Below, piece after piece: positions 1 to 13,519 of a DNA stretch of 64,000 nucleotides (position 1 is the stretch's first letter; each line of letters begins with the position of its first letter). The notes under the pieces are model-generated. The model was given only the letters and a program-made list of their open reading frames with translations, made no database searches and was not told the DNA's origin. The stretch covers positions 80,290,001-80,354,000 of the forward strand of contig NC_043005.1 of NCBI RefSeq assembly GCF_006345805.1, written 5' to 3'. This DNA is from Octopus sinensis (Eukaryota). The translations under genes and the position numbers were made by a program.

Positions 1-170
1 CATACATATACACACACGTACATACACACACATACATACATACACACAAACATACATATATAAATACATAAATATACACACACACATAGACATGCATACA
101 TACATACATACATACATACATACATACATACATACATACATACATACATACATACATACATACATACATG
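1..170. repeat. (CATA)n/(CA)n microsatellite; one of dozens of TA/CA/TAA simple repeats in the window
   Basis: Direct tandem CATA and CA units. Confidence 0.95.
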
Positions 171-949
171 AACACACGCATGCATATATTCTAGGTGTAT
201 GTGTTGCGTGTCGCAGATCGGCGGGTGAAAAACTTTTTCCTTAAATAGTTGTTTATCAACAGCTTAGGGCAGGACGTCTCTCATGTCTATTAATTTTCCC
301 ATTTATTGCAATAATCAAATAACAACAGTAATTTTAACATGAAAATTACATTTACTCAAAAGGTGAGTAGTTTGCTTTGTTAGACTTTTGTTTTGCATGT
401 TTGTGTTGTTTTCATATGTGATGTTTGGGTATATTTAGCATCCATTATCATTGCCTTTTTATTTTCGTCGTTTGTCGTTTGTTATCTCCCTTATTCGTTC
501 ACTCTCTAATCGGCTTTTTCTCACTCCACCTCTGTATCTCGCTGTCTCTCTTTCTAATTTCTTTATATATATGGATGTTTTAAATTGCCCGTCTTCCTAA
601 GCGTAGTATTGCTAGCACTAAATGCCAAACACAATCTACATAATTTGATTTGCCTATGAATCGAAAGACGAAAACGATAGAAATTCAGCCACAAACAACT
701 GTTTTAGTATGTAGGGAAGTCCGTTATTGTTCATTGTATGATGATCGTGTATTTCAAAATACCCACTGGCTAAGTATAACAAAGGATACAAACGCAAATG
801 GGGCAATCTGGATAGATACTATATAAACGCATTTAAACAGAGACAAATACATGCAGAAAGCAAATATGCACATAGATGATATTATACACAAATTATGCAT
901 ACACACATACATAAATATGAAGTATTTGTGCATACTTTGCGTGTGCGTG

Positions 950-996
<47 letters not shown>

Positions 997-1182
997 TGGT
1001 ATGAGCCCGCGATTATATGTTTGTACATTTGTGTGGACGTAATCGTTGAATTCACAGATACGTATTAAAGTGTTTGTGCGTGTGGCTGTATGTGTGTATA
1101 TATATATTGATATAGCATCATGTGAGTGTGTATATATATATACATATACATGTTATATATTTATATATATAAATATATATAT

Positions 1183-1215
<33 letters not shown>

Positions 1216-1715
1216 TGTTTATATCTAGATATATAATATATATATATATTTACACATACATATACATATACTAATTTATATATATATGATTGTTTAGACA
1301 TGTGTGTACGTGTGTATCTGTGTGTGTGGGTGCAGTTGAAACATTTTCGTAACGCACTTGATATAGTACATATTTATTCGCTTTCCGATGGTCTTCGTTA
1401 TCTCACTTTCCTGTCTCTTTCTCTCTCTCTCTCTCACCCAGTTGTATGTAAACACGCACACACATACTCACACATACACATATGTATTTATATATAAGTA
1501 CAAATATGCATATCCATAGATGTGTGTACTTATTGAGCAATTTACACTCGTGCTTAAGTAACCGGTATCTCTAAAGATTTCAAGTGAATATATGCCACAA
1601 AGAATACGATGCCTTACTTGACTATGACGTTTATATATAGACTATATAACTATAGTTTTATAACAAGAGGATGTCTATTGTGTCTGTCATTGGATGATTT
1701 AGCTTCACTATATAA

Positions 1716-2272
1716 GTGCGGTGAGCTGGCTGAATCGTTAGCACGCCTGGCGAAAAGCTTAATGGTATTTCGTGTGCCGTTACGTTCTGAGTTCAAATTC
1801 AGCCGAGGTCGACTTTGCCTTTCATCCTTTCGGTGTCGATTAAATATAAGTACCAGTTACGCACTGGGATCAATATAATCGACTTAATCCATTTGTCTGT
1901 CCTTGTTTATCCTCTCTGTAGGTAGTAAAGAAATAGGTATTTCGTCTGCCGCTACGTTCTGAGTTCAAATTCCGCCGAAGTCGACTTTCCTTTTCATCCT
2001 TTCGGTGTCGATAAATTAAGTACCAGTTGCGTACTGGGGTCGATGTAATCGACTTAATCTGTTTTTCTGTCCTTATTTGTCCCCTCTGTGTGTATCTCCT
2101 TGTGGTTAGTAAAGAAACAGGTATTTCGTCTGTCTTTACGTTTCTGAACTCAAATTCCACCGAGGTCGACTTTGCCTTTCATCATTTCGGGGTAAATAAA
2201 TTAAGTACCAGTTGCGTACTGGGATCGATCTAATCGAGTGGCTCCCTCCCCCAAAATTTCGGGCCTTGTACC
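1716..2272 (+). mobile_element. SINE family C, head plus three tandem body units
   Basis: tRNA-like head GAGCTGGCTGAATCGTTAGC, then GTATTTCGT...GAGTTCAAATTC...GTCGACTTTGCCTTTCATCCTTTCGG...AAGTACCAG repeated at 1765, 1937 and 2121. Confidence 0.8.
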
Positions 2273-2640
2273 CAGAGTGGTAAGAAGCTTGCTTTCCAGT
2301 CACATGGTTCTGGGTTCAGTCCCATCATGTGAGACCTTGGATGAGTGTCTTTTATAGCATCGGACTGACCAAAGACTTGTGAGTGACTTTGGTAGAGAAA
2401 ACTGAAAAATCCCACGTATGTGTGTGTGTGTGTGTATGTTTATGTTTGTCCTCCATACCCGCTTGACAACCGGTGTTGGTGTGTTGACATACACGTAATT
2501 AAATGGTTCGGCAAAATGCCATAGAATAAGTACGTAGCTTAAAAAATTATGTAATTGGGTTTATTAATTAAACGAAAACTTACTCAAGGCGTTACCCTTG
2601 CATGACCGTTGTCTAATCACTGAAACAAGTAAAAAATAAA
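2273..2640 (+). mobile_element. SINE family A (tRNA-like head, internal microsatellite, conserved tail), degenerate
   Basis: GTGGTAAGAAGCTTGC...GGGTTCAGTCCCA head, (TG)n, then CGCTTGACAACCGG...GAAACAAGTAAAA tail, as in other copies in the window. Confidence 0.8.
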
Positions 2641-2767
2641 AGATTGAAGAGATACACAATACCTTCGTCAGGTAGGTAACATATGAAAGTTAACCCAAAC
2701 TGAACTAAACACTAGGAGTAAAATTATAGAAACTTAAAATCTAAATAGAATGTTAAGCTTTCATTGT

Positions 2768-2923
2768 ATGTTGACTACGGAAAATATTGTAATATTAAAG
2801 TATATAAACCACCATAACATATGTTGACTACGGAAAATATTGTAATATTAAAGTATATAAACCCCCATAACATATGTTGACTACGGAAAATATTGTAATA
2901 TTAAAGTAGATAAACCCCCATAA
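2768..2923. repeat. 53-bp minisatellite, 3 copies
   Basis: ATGTTGACTACGGAAAATATTGTAATATTAAAGTA... starts at 2768, 2821 and 2874. Confidence 0.9.
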
Positions 2924-2981
2924 CGGAAAAACTAGTCATTAGCACATATGGAAAAAAGGACATTGCCACACGTACTATATA

Positions 2982-3247
2982 TTTCTTTATTGCCCACAGA
3001 GGGCTAACTATAGAGGGGACAAACAAAGACAGACAAAGAAATGAATTCGATTACATCGAATCCAGTGTGTACTTATTTAATCGTACCCTAAAGGATGTAA
3101 GGCAAAGTCGACCTCGGCGGAATTTGAACTCATAACGTAAAGACAGACGAAATACATTTTTCTTTACTACCCACAAGGGGCTGAACAAAGAGAGGACAGA
3201 CAAAGGGATTAAGTCGATTATATCGACCCCTGTGCGTAACTGGTCCT
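2982..3247 (-). mobile_element. SINE family C tandem body units (headless)
   Basis: Reverse complement of the 1921-2272 units (AAGGCAAAGTCGACCTCGGCGGAATTTGAACTC, GAAATAC...TCTTTACTACCCACAAG). Confidence 0.8.
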
Positions 3248-3249
3248 TA

Positions 3250-4725
3250 AGTGTAATACCTTCAGTGCTGATATCAGGATGGAGTTCGAACTGAGAAAGT
3301 GTGTTGTGTTTGTCTTTGAAGACAGGCAAAATCAAATGTATGAACGGGTTAACGATACGGTCGTGGAAGGTTATGAAACAGAGAGAAGAAATGGGCTATA
3401 AGTACTTGGGGTTTGGGAAATGGATAAATTGATGGAGAAAGAAATAACAGAAATATTTGAGACTGATCCTTAAGTCGAAATTAAACGGACGGAATAATAT
3501 TGAAGCTATCAATACCTGGGCGGTTTCGCTCCTTAGATATGGAGTAGGGGTAATCGCATGGACAGTAGACGAACTAAACAATCTAGACGGAAAGAGAAGG
3601 AAGTTGCTAATTATATATGGGTCACTCAACCCAAAAAGTAACACAGACAGACTGTATTAACCATGAAAAAGAGAGGGAAGATGACTTATTGGAGGCGAAC
3701 ACATCATTAGAGCAGAAGAAAACAACATATCATGGTATGTAAAAAATGCCACAGAACCGCAATTATTAGAAGTAAGACGGTCAGGTTTGTGTAGGATGAA
3801 AGATTACGAAGATAGAGCACTATACAGTGAATTGAAAACGAATGAAACTGAAAATAGGCGGGTAAAGAAAAGAATGCATGGACAATTTCATCGGATGTTG
3901 AAGATAACACAGACTGAGAAAAACATGACTGTGATTGACTAAATGTGATTTAAAATAGGAAACGGAGGCTCTAGCCTGTACTCCCCAAGAACAAGCACTA
4001 AGAACAAACTACATAAAATACAGAATAGACAACACAACAGAAAGTGATAATTCCAGAATCTGTGGGCAAAACGGTGAAACCGTATGGTATATTACAAGCC
4101 TATGTACGCCACGAGTCCAAAAGGAATATAAGAGACGCCACGACAATATAGCAAGGTTTGTCTATTGGACACCTTACAACAAGTATGGACTTGACAGAGC
4201 AAAAAATTGGTACGACCAGAAATCTGAAGGCATTGTCGAAAATAGAAATGCAAAGATCCTAAAGGGATTTTATGATTCAGTGAAACCACGAGATAGAGAA
4301 TAGGAAGCTAGACATAATCTTAATTGAGAAAGAAAACAAACTATTCTGGATAATAGATATAGCATGCTCAATTGCTAACAAGGTATGCGATAAGGAAGAA
4401 AGAATTGTCGAGAGATATGACAGCTTAGCTTGGGAAGTTAAGCAGTTGTGGTCAATGTAAAAGGTAGTGTTAGTACCAATAATTGTCGGAACCCTGGGAT
4501 CAGTGAGCAATAATCTCGAGAAGTACGTGGAAGAAATAGGGGCTACAATAAAGGTGGAGCACTTGCAGAAAACAGCACTGCTTGAAACCGCTCGAATAGT
4601 CCGGAAGGTGCTCGAAAAATAAGAGGTGTTACCTTAGTTCATTGGTAATGAGCAGCTGACACCGTAGTACATCTCCAGCGTTAGAAGCTGTGAAATGCAA
4701 TAATAATAATAATAATAATAATTAT
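3250..4725 (+). mobile_element. 5'-truncated R4/Dong-like non-LTR retrotransposon (end of RT, zinc knuckle, RLE endonuclease), decayed
   Basis: Translates in pieces to DIRMEFELRKC, LKSKLNGRNNIEAINTWAVSLLRYGVG..DRLY, RICGQNGETV, YKRRHDNIARFV and VPIIVGTLG..HLQKTALLETARIVRKVLE*; ends in a (TAA)n tail near 4700-4725. Confidence 0.88.
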
Positions 4726-4743
4726 ATATATATATATATATAA

Positions 4744-4953
4744 TCATACGATATAGTGCATGTTTATACACATATGGAATCCGCTTTTAGGGAATTCAAC
4801 ACGTTAGAAAGAACAGCTAGGTTCTGTAAACCACACAAATAACGGAAAAATAACGTTATTTTTGTGGTTTGCAGAACCTAGCTGTTCTTTCTAATGTGTT
4901 GATTCCCTACAAGCGGATTCCTCATGTGTATAAATATACACTATATCGTATGA
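4744..4953. repeat. Foldback (MITE-like) inverted repeat with ~100-bp arms and a 9-nt loop
   Basis: 4744-4844 is an imperfect reverse complement of 4854-4953. Confidence 0.85.
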
Positions 4954-5081
4954 CTAATATATAGTCTTCTTCACTAATTTCTTTTGCACGTTAGACCAAT
5001 GTAAATGTAAATTTTGATTGAATGTTTTAATTTTAATTAAATTTCATTTCCATTTGACACGATTATATATATGTATATATA

Positions 5082-5148
<67 letters not shown>

Positions 5149-5261
5149 TATAATACAGCGAATAAGATAGGAGCAATTATTTGCGAAGATATTATTGACT
5201 GTATTATTATCTAATGTAAGAATTAAAAATAACAGAATCACTAATTAATTTTAGACCTTCG

Positions 5262-5330
<69 letters not shown>

Positions 5331-5815
5331 GTGTGTGTGTGTGTGTGTGTGTGGTTGTGTCTTTGTCTGTGTATGTGTGCATGTATATATGTATACGTGT
5401 ATACAATATGTGCGTGTTGCATCTTTAGTTATTGAAATTATTTTAGCCATACATATTATTATTTGCATGTATCTATCCGCTCCTTCATTTTTACACCACA
5501 TATCGGTGTTAGGGTATACTATAGTGCTTCACGCACACGTTTCTCAGCATTTGACAGAATATTTTCTGAAGATATAAATAAACGTAGCTTTAAATATTTT
5601 AGGCTGTAACTGGTTTATTAACAAATGTTCTGAATCATAAAAGAATCGTGTCACCTCGTACATTTCAACTTAGATCCAGTATGTAATTAGACAACATTTT
5701 AATCCAAGTAGCTCAATAGATTTTGACTTATTTCTGTTCAATTTGTATGAAGTTAAATAGCAAATACTAACACCGATAGATTGCCTCGTATATCTCCAAA
5801 CCGCCAATTGTTTAC

Positions 5816-6046
5816 CTGATTTTCATGTGAATGTGACTTCTGTGGTTGAAGCAAATAGCATCTGAAATTGGTTTCATAACGAGAAGCTATAATTGTATCT
5901 CTCATCGCGCTTGTATTTTCATTAGGCAGTTGTAATGTAACATCTTGATGTACAGTGATTTCCGTGTCGTGCTTTGGCTTCTCTGCAAGTTCATTTGTAG
6001 CTCTAACGTTATCAGCATTTTCTTTTAATGATCTGCTCGGACAAGT
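5816..6046 (-). CDS. Candidate internal exon (77 codons, phase 0-0), unknown hydrophilic protein
   Basis: Open frame TCPSRSLKENADNVRATNEL...QKSHSHENQ in non-repetitive DNA; donor CAG|GTAAAC; acceptor (attcaag|) weak; no recognised homology. Confidence 0.3.
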
Positions 6047-6853
6047 CTTGAATATTTAATTGTTTTCACTAACGAGAACAGAATCAGAAATTTAGAAAAA
6101 AGAATACAGGAGAGATGAATGACTGAAAGGATTATGATGATATTTCCATGTATCTCCATGGAAATTTCCTTTATCCCCCTAGTCACCTCCTCTGTATTTA
6201 CATTTGGAAATATCATTCCTTTTACTACAATCATAAACCACAATAGCTTAACAAGCCCAATTTTCGCTCTTCAAGTAACTGAATACCCCGGACTTAACGT
6301 TTATTATCTACTTTATGTGCATTACAATGACTCCTTCAGGAATGTATGCGCTGAGAGCAATCAGTGAATTAGGAAGCTCTTTGCTAATGAAAGCGATTTC
6401 TATCTACGTTTGCCACCGTAAACTCTAATTACTAGAGACCGTTACGAGATATGCAAAAGGTTATTGATATTCATGTGAGTGCATGTGCATATGTAAGCGC
6501 ACATTAAGTGTGTGAATGAACCATTCCTCTGCGATGTATGAGAGAACGAAGCATATATGTGACTGTGTGTGTCTGTAAGTGTATGGCGGTATTAAACAGT
6601 AGCTTCCTTTCAACGGTGTATGAAAATACTATAACGTAACATTGAAGTTTATGTTTCCGTCTCTCGTATCACAGTGTTCATTATGCTGTGTTTATGGTCG
6701 CCATATTTAATTTAATTCTTGCAGCTTTTATACATTAGTATCGTTAATATATTATTAAGCATGTTATGAATTAAAGACAATATTTACTAGCGATGTCTTT
6801 TATTTATTATATGTACGTGTGTACGTCATTAAAGGGAATGTGATGCAGACGCC

Positions 6854-6916
<63 letters not shown>

Positions 6917-7054
6917 CATATATCTCTCATTATGGTCCATTATTTTAGTTTTAGAACAGAATTATATTATATCAACTAACAAGTAAATTTATCCCATGCG
7001 AATACATTTTGTAATAGAAACAAGAAGAGATAACTCAAAGCATGAGTATAGGAG

Positions 7055-7262
7055 ACGTGGTGTTGAAAAGTTCCTGGCCTTAAGGATATCGAGAAAGGCC
7101 TGGTTAGAGACCCAATATTCCGAGTTCTTTTGCAGGGCTTAGAAAAACTGAAGGACCTCTGTGTGTAACTCTGAGAGGGGAATAGTTTGAATAAAATCAT
7201 TATTAAGTGATTCTTTTGTATTTTCTTTTACCCAAAGCCAGGAACATGCAGCACATCCGCGT
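7055..7262 (+). mobile_element. Mariner-derived MITE
   Basis: Imperfect TIRs GTGTTGAAAAGTTCCTGGC / GCCAGGAACATGCAGCAC; interior resembles a mariner transposase C-terminus (GLEKLKDLCV..RGE). Confidence 0.7.
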
Positions 7263-7271
7263 AAACATATA

Positions 7272-7352
7272 CAGTAATACCTCGCCATATCATGGTCCAT
7301 TTATCGCAGGGTATTTTGGAACGTAACACCCGCGATAACCGAGGGAATACTG
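7272..7352. mobile_element. 81-bp Tc1/pogo (Tigger-like) MITE
   Basis: TIRs CAGTAATACCTCG / CGAGGGAATACTG, with TA on both sides. Confidence 0.7.
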
Positions 7353-7373
7353 TATGCTAAACATACACACACA

Positions 7374-7471
<98 letters not shown>

Positions 7472-8538
7472 CGGACTTAACGTTTATCATCTACTTTATT
7501 CAGATGAATATGATACTTAAGTTGAGGCACCAGAATTTAGTGCGGTATTATCAATACAATTTCAAAGTAAGGTGATTAAAATTAAAATAAACAACAAGGA
7601 TATCCAGAGGTAATGCAGTATGATCGTTTCATGCAACTCTATTTATTTGAACAAATGCAAACATTACATCAATTTAAAATGCAGAACAATCTTCAACTGT
7701 GCAAAGACATAGAATTTAATTAAATTAGAACAGATGGACACATTATTATTTTACTCTTTTACTTGTTTCAGTCATTTGACTGTGGCAGGCTGGATCACCA
7801 CCTTTAATATAATTAGTATAATTTTACCTAAAATCTCCAAGTAGTTAAGGAAATAGACAAAGAACATGCTACGTACATAGATTTTATTAATCGGCAACAG
7901 TTACTGTGAGACTCAATGTCAGAAAGTTTCGTGTATTGTCACTCAGAAATTGATTTCAAACTATAAGGATTACTTTTATATACACAGTTAGATGACGAAT
8001 ATGATTATCTCTAGATTGTTCTAAAATAAATTACACATTTATTAGATCACGTGAATAATGCATTTTCTCAAATACTTTACCTGTTAACTAGTTGTATAAG
8101 ATTACAAAATCCTTGATTAAAAATGGCAATTATCTAATGCGTATGAACAATTCAGCACCTAAAACCCCTAGAAACGAAATTGGCATCGAAATAGAGACAA
8201 AGAAATATCTATTCTAAACGAACATTTAATGATCATAAAATTAATTAGTTTAACATATTTACATATTTTCTGATTCCACCAAAAATTTTGCTACCTCAGA
8301 TTATCAGCTAGGCATTTTGCTAGCCTTTCAGCTGGAGACAAATACTTGACAATTCATTGCTTCAAGTCTTGGCCACGGATATTAAACGTCACCTGACCAA
8401 TCTTCTTAGTTATGTGTAACACCCATTGAATTGTAAACTGGACCGCCTCAAGCAGTTAGATAATTATATAACTGATACGTGTTTCACCGAGTTGTGCTTA
8501 AAGTGGTTAAATATTTCAAAATGTATAATAGCTTGTAG

Positions 8539-8619
8539 TTTAAATTTCCTAAAGTCAGAGTGAGTGAGATTAGGAGGCATCTGATCAGGAAACGGCTCAC
8601 AGTTGATTCTGTTTCTCAG
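8539..8619 (+). CDS. Candidate 81-nt exon (phase 0-0)
   Basis: ttgtag|FKFPKVRVSEIRRHLIRKRLTVDSVSQ|GTATGC; good donor; no recognised homology. Confidence 0.3.
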
Positions 8620-9022
8620 GTATGCGTGGCGTGTGATGGATGAATAAATAATGAACGATTTCTTGATTAAATATCCTGTAAAACAAACTGACACAGCAGT
8701 TATGAAAAGCAGAAAAACGTGCACACATGCATACACACATCCATACGTCCATGCATCTCTCCATCCATCCATTAATCCACCCATACATACATTTATTCAT
8801 ACAAAAATACATACATATTTATATAGATATATTCATATATATTCCTGTATACAACATGTATAAGTATGTATATATATATATATATATATATATAGAATAT
8901 TTCTACTTTTTCATTCACCTTACTCTAATTATATATTCTAAATGACATGAGATCCTTGTCCTGCCTTGACATTCTTTTCCTTTTCCTTTAATATACATGT
9001 GTGCGTACTTATATATACATCC

Positions 9023-9069
<47 letters not shown>

Positions 9070-9093
9070 TGTGTGTGTGTAATATTATATATA

Positions 9094-9127
<34 letters not shown>

Positions 9128-9805
9128 TTAAGTTGGGTCTAAACTTAAAGTTCAGGTCGGAGAGTTTAAGCTATAGTGTCCACACCTTGTAATGTGAATG
9201 CCCCTGCTGTTTCGAAGTGAAACTGAAGGTATCAGCAAATTGAACGAAGAGGTTTTTAGGAGTTATGGGCGCTACTATTAATAGTTGTAGGAGTCTTGAC
9301 CTTGGCTCATCTCTACCAAATGTAATAGGTAAAGTGAAACGTGAGAGAGAAAGGGCCCTGCTAAAAATGCTCCGACCATGACACCAGGTTGTTTTATCCA
9401 ACAGCGTAAAGTCGATGCAGTTGAAACGGACGAAGGTCTAGAATAGGATGTTGTAAATAACCGTTAAATAAAATTATGGATGTGAAAAATCTGTTCTTCT
9501 TATCATTATAAATACTATGTTGCGTGCACGTGCACACACGCGCTTGTGTGTGCATCTGTAGATTTTATTCACATCTGAAAACTTCATTACTTAAAAGTTT
9601 TCTACAAAATCAACATCTGATCTACATATATTTCCACTGCAGCGACTGCACATTCCAGTCGCTGCAGTTTCATCAAACGTCGTCACTCACTACGTTTTCA
9701 AAGTGAACTGATGTAAAGAAGCGTCCTGCGTTGGTATTCATTTGAAGGTGATAGCGTTACTGTTTATCTTCAATGGAATGCTGGTTTTCTGCGATGAAAT
9801 ATATA

Positions 9806-10329
9806 TTGTTGTGTTGTTGTGACCCCTTTCGGTCACCACACAGACCATGGGATTGCACCTAGAAAGTTCCCCTCCGAGGCACAAGTCTGGGCAAGGTTGT
9901 TTATGGAAGACTAGCAGTTGCCCATGCATACCAGCCTCCCTCTCCACGCCACCGATGTTATCCAAGGGAAAGGCAAAAGCTGATGCAGCTTGGCATCAGT
10001 GACGTCGCAGCACATTTATTAACGTGCAAGTGGCTGAGCACTCTACAGACACGTGTACTATAAACATAGTTCTCGGGGAGATTCAGCGTGACACAGAGTG
10101 TGACAAGGCTGGCCCATTGAAATACAGATACAACAGAAACATGAAGAAAGATTGAGGGAAAGCTGTGGTGAAAGAGTACAGCACGGCTCACCCCCGCCCC
10201 TGCCGGAGCTTCGTGGAGCTTTAGGTGTTTTCGGTCAATAGACACACACAATGCCCGGTCTGGGAATTGAAACACCGATCCTACGACCATGGGTCCGCTG
10301 CCCTAACCACTGGGCCATTGCGCCTCCAC
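9806..10329 (-). mobile_element. SINE family B, long form
   Basis: Head GGAGGCGCAATGGCCCAGTGGTTAGGGCAGCGGAC (A box, B-box-like GTTTCAATTCC); same body and tail as 61978-62480. Confidence 0.88.
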
Positions 10330-10353
10330 GCGCGCGCGCACACACACACACAT

Positions 10354-10436
<83 letters not shown>

Positions 10437-10440
10437 TATA

Positions 10441-10545
10441 GATGCTTGCTTCCCAACCACATGGTTCCGGGTTCAGTCTCACTGTGAGGCACCTTGGGCG
10501 AGCAGTGTCTACTATTACCACGAATCGACCAATTCCTTGTTATGA
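10441..10545 (+). mobile_element. SINE family A head fragment
   Basis: GCTTGCTTCCCAACCACATGGTTCCGGGTTCAGTC...CACCTTGGGC. Confidence 0.75.
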
Positions 10546-11444
10546 CTAAAACAAATAAATAACAGAATATATACATGTATGTATGTATCTATCTCACCAT
10601 TTATGTGTGTGAGTATCTCTGTGTGTGTCTGTGTCCGTGTGTGTGTCTGTGTACCAATGTATATAAGTGGTAAACTGGGAATAAAACCATGCGAGATAAA
10701 ATTAACTTAAACGTAAAGAGAAATAGAGTGAGAAAGGATTTCATTGGATTAAATATGGATGGACGAAATTTCCTTAAATATCGCTAGGTGCTTTCGCTTC
10801 GATAACTTGCAATTTTGTCCTGAGATCATCGCGCAGAAGGGAAATTGCAATCACCCACCTGTGGTCGGCAAACTGGTTAATTTGATAGTATCCCATATAA
10901 AACACACAAGGTGTACTTAGCATATAATAGACATTTGAAAAGGCAAATAAGAAATTAATATAAATATAGAGAAACCATTATTGTTAGGAAATAAAAAAAA
11001 AGGAAACTTCTATTCAATTATACGCAGTAATACGTAAATTATTCATGAAAGCTAGGAAATAGCATACGATAACTCGTACGTGAATCAACCACATAGATAC
11101 GCTTCAAATGACAGGAATTTGTACATAAATATATACATACATACATGCATACCTACATGTGTGTGTATCTGCGTGTGTGAGCGTGTGTGTGTGTGTGTGT
11201 GTGTGTTCGTAGCTACGTGCGTATATAATTATATATAGAGATAGCTATGCATGTATGTGCGTTCAAGCACGTATGTATATACATTTACGTATGGAAAAAA
11301 AGAAAAGTGGATAAATATATAGGTAAAATGTCAGCGGCATATACACACATTTGTATTCTGCATTGTTTTTTATTTTGCTAGTGAAATAAAACTAACGAAT
11401 AACGTTGATAGTTATGTATTGTGTATGTGTATATATGTATATAT

Positions 11445-11534
<90 letters not shown>

Positions 11535-12107
11535 TTGTGTGTGTGTGTATGTGTGTTTATATGTGTATATATGTCCATATATATATATATAATTTCAAAA
11601 TATATCCATACCTTTGATACTTCTATATCATATGTATCAAATATGTCTTTGTAAATACACACACACGTTCAAACACTCACACACTCACTCACACGCATAT
11701 ATATATATAGAGAGAGAGAGAGAGAAACAGACAGACAGACACACAGATGGAGATATATATGTGTATATGTAATGTACGTGTGTATATACCTATGTTTGCA
11801 GGTATGTATATATTCAATCATGCATACATATATATCAGAGACCTGATGATACAAAGAGAAATATTTCTGCCGTTGTATTTCTTAACATATATTTCTTGTT
11901 CACCAGAAATATGCATATCCATTTAGTATAAGCAGGATGAACTCTTGTGAGGCTTCTACTGCGAAATGAAATTTCAATTTATTCGTTCACCCAACCAGGA
12001 GAATTCAAGGACAGCCCGTGATAATCGAGTCCAGTGAACCGGTGATACATGTCTGCATATGTGAATGTGTGTGTGTGTGAGTATGTAAGCGTGTATATAT
12101 ATATATC

Positions 12108-12172
<65 letters not shown>

Positions 12173-12344
12173 TAAATATCCCATTCAACTGTGATGTTTA
12201 GAAAACAAAAATTTCTGAGTTATTTACCATGAGAGGACCTGTCAAATGGACTTGTAGTACAGTAACGCACTCGTGTCCATATCGTTGACTTGCAATGTAT
12301 GTATGTATGCATGTATGTATGTATGTGTATATATATATATATAT

Positions 12345-12402
<58 letters not shown>

Positions 12403-12652
12403 ATATATATATATATATAATAGCAATAATTAGATAACGATATAGAATGAAGAGACATCTTCATCCTCAAAATTATTTACACCTATTTTCCAATTTCATT
12501 CACCATATTTTCATGATTGTTACTACATACACCTGTTTCCACGCTTGAGTGACAACAAATAGTAATCATAGTACTAATCGATGCGGACATAACTGAGAGC
12601 CACCACGGTACCCGTACGGATAACATAACCTTCCAGTCTCACACATACACAG

Positions 12653-12711
<59 letters not shown>

Positions 12712-13299
12712 CGCACGTTTATATGTATGTCCAGTAGAGATGACCACGTGATTACTAGTATCGCCCTTTTCGGCACGTCACTAGATACTTATCACAGAAC
12801 CTCAGAAGGTGTTACTTGTGTTGTACAAGCGTTTACCCTTATAATCCAATAAAGTGCAGATGTCTCTTTATAGTGACTTCAGGTGTCATTCCATCAACTG
12901 AAAGACCTATGGCGACAGAAGAGTGGTACTCTGTGCAGTCCTAACCAGTTGGAAGCGCAGACTTTGTTACAATTTTCTTCTGTCATTTATGCTTCAATCT
13001 ATATAAATTTGAAACTGCAATGAATAGTCATCTGAGAAGTCGCTGATGGCAAGTTAGAGATGCCATTGACAAAGAGACGGCGATCATCTACGAAAATGGA
13101 GTAACTACTATGCATGTATGTATGTATGTATGTATTTATTATGTATGTATGTATGCATCTATCTATTTTTTCTATCTATTTATCTATATATAATGCGTTT
13201 GTATATATGTAGACATGCTGTATATGTATACATACAGAAATATATATACGCTTGTGAATATTTGTATTGTATTTATTTGTGAAGTAATATATCTTTTTT

Positions 13300-13500
13300 A
13301 CTCTAAGCAAAACACCTGAAATGGTGGACAAGGAGAATCGATTTCACTAACCCCAATACTCAAATGGTACTTATTTCATTGACCTAGAAAGGATGAAAAG
13401 GTAAAGTAGATCTCGAAAGATTTTCAATTCAGAACGTAAAGAGTGACGAAAAGCGGTTATACATTTTATTGGCGTACTTAACGATTCTGTCGGATCGTCG
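13300..13500 (-). mobile_element. SINE family C, degenerate
   Basis: GGTACTTATTTCATTGACC...AAAGGATGAAAAGGTAAAGTAGATCTCG...TTCAGAACGTAAAG...TTAACGATTCTG. Confidence 0.6.
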
Positions 13501-13519
13501 CCATATTTGTAAGATAATA

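Noticed and set aside
2768-2923. CRISPR-like array
   Set aside because: Contiguous repeats without unique spacers, eukaryotic context, no cas genes.
6025-6243. Hydrophobic ORF (MWFMIVVKG...ILSVIHLSCILFSKFLILF) resembling a chemoreceptor or GPCR segment
   Set aside because: Hydrophobicity is explained by a T-rich polypyrimidine stretch; no receptor motif; only 72 aa.
6108-6245. In-frame TGA (GEMND*KDYDD...) as possible selenocysteine
   Set aside because: No selenoprotein motif or SECIS evident; the frame is short.
7471-7575. Hammerhead-like fold (ACUUU/AAAGU, CAGAUGA, paired inner arms)
   Set aside because: The core is broken (no CUGA, no GAAA) and extra bases separate helix I from the core; at best a dead relic.
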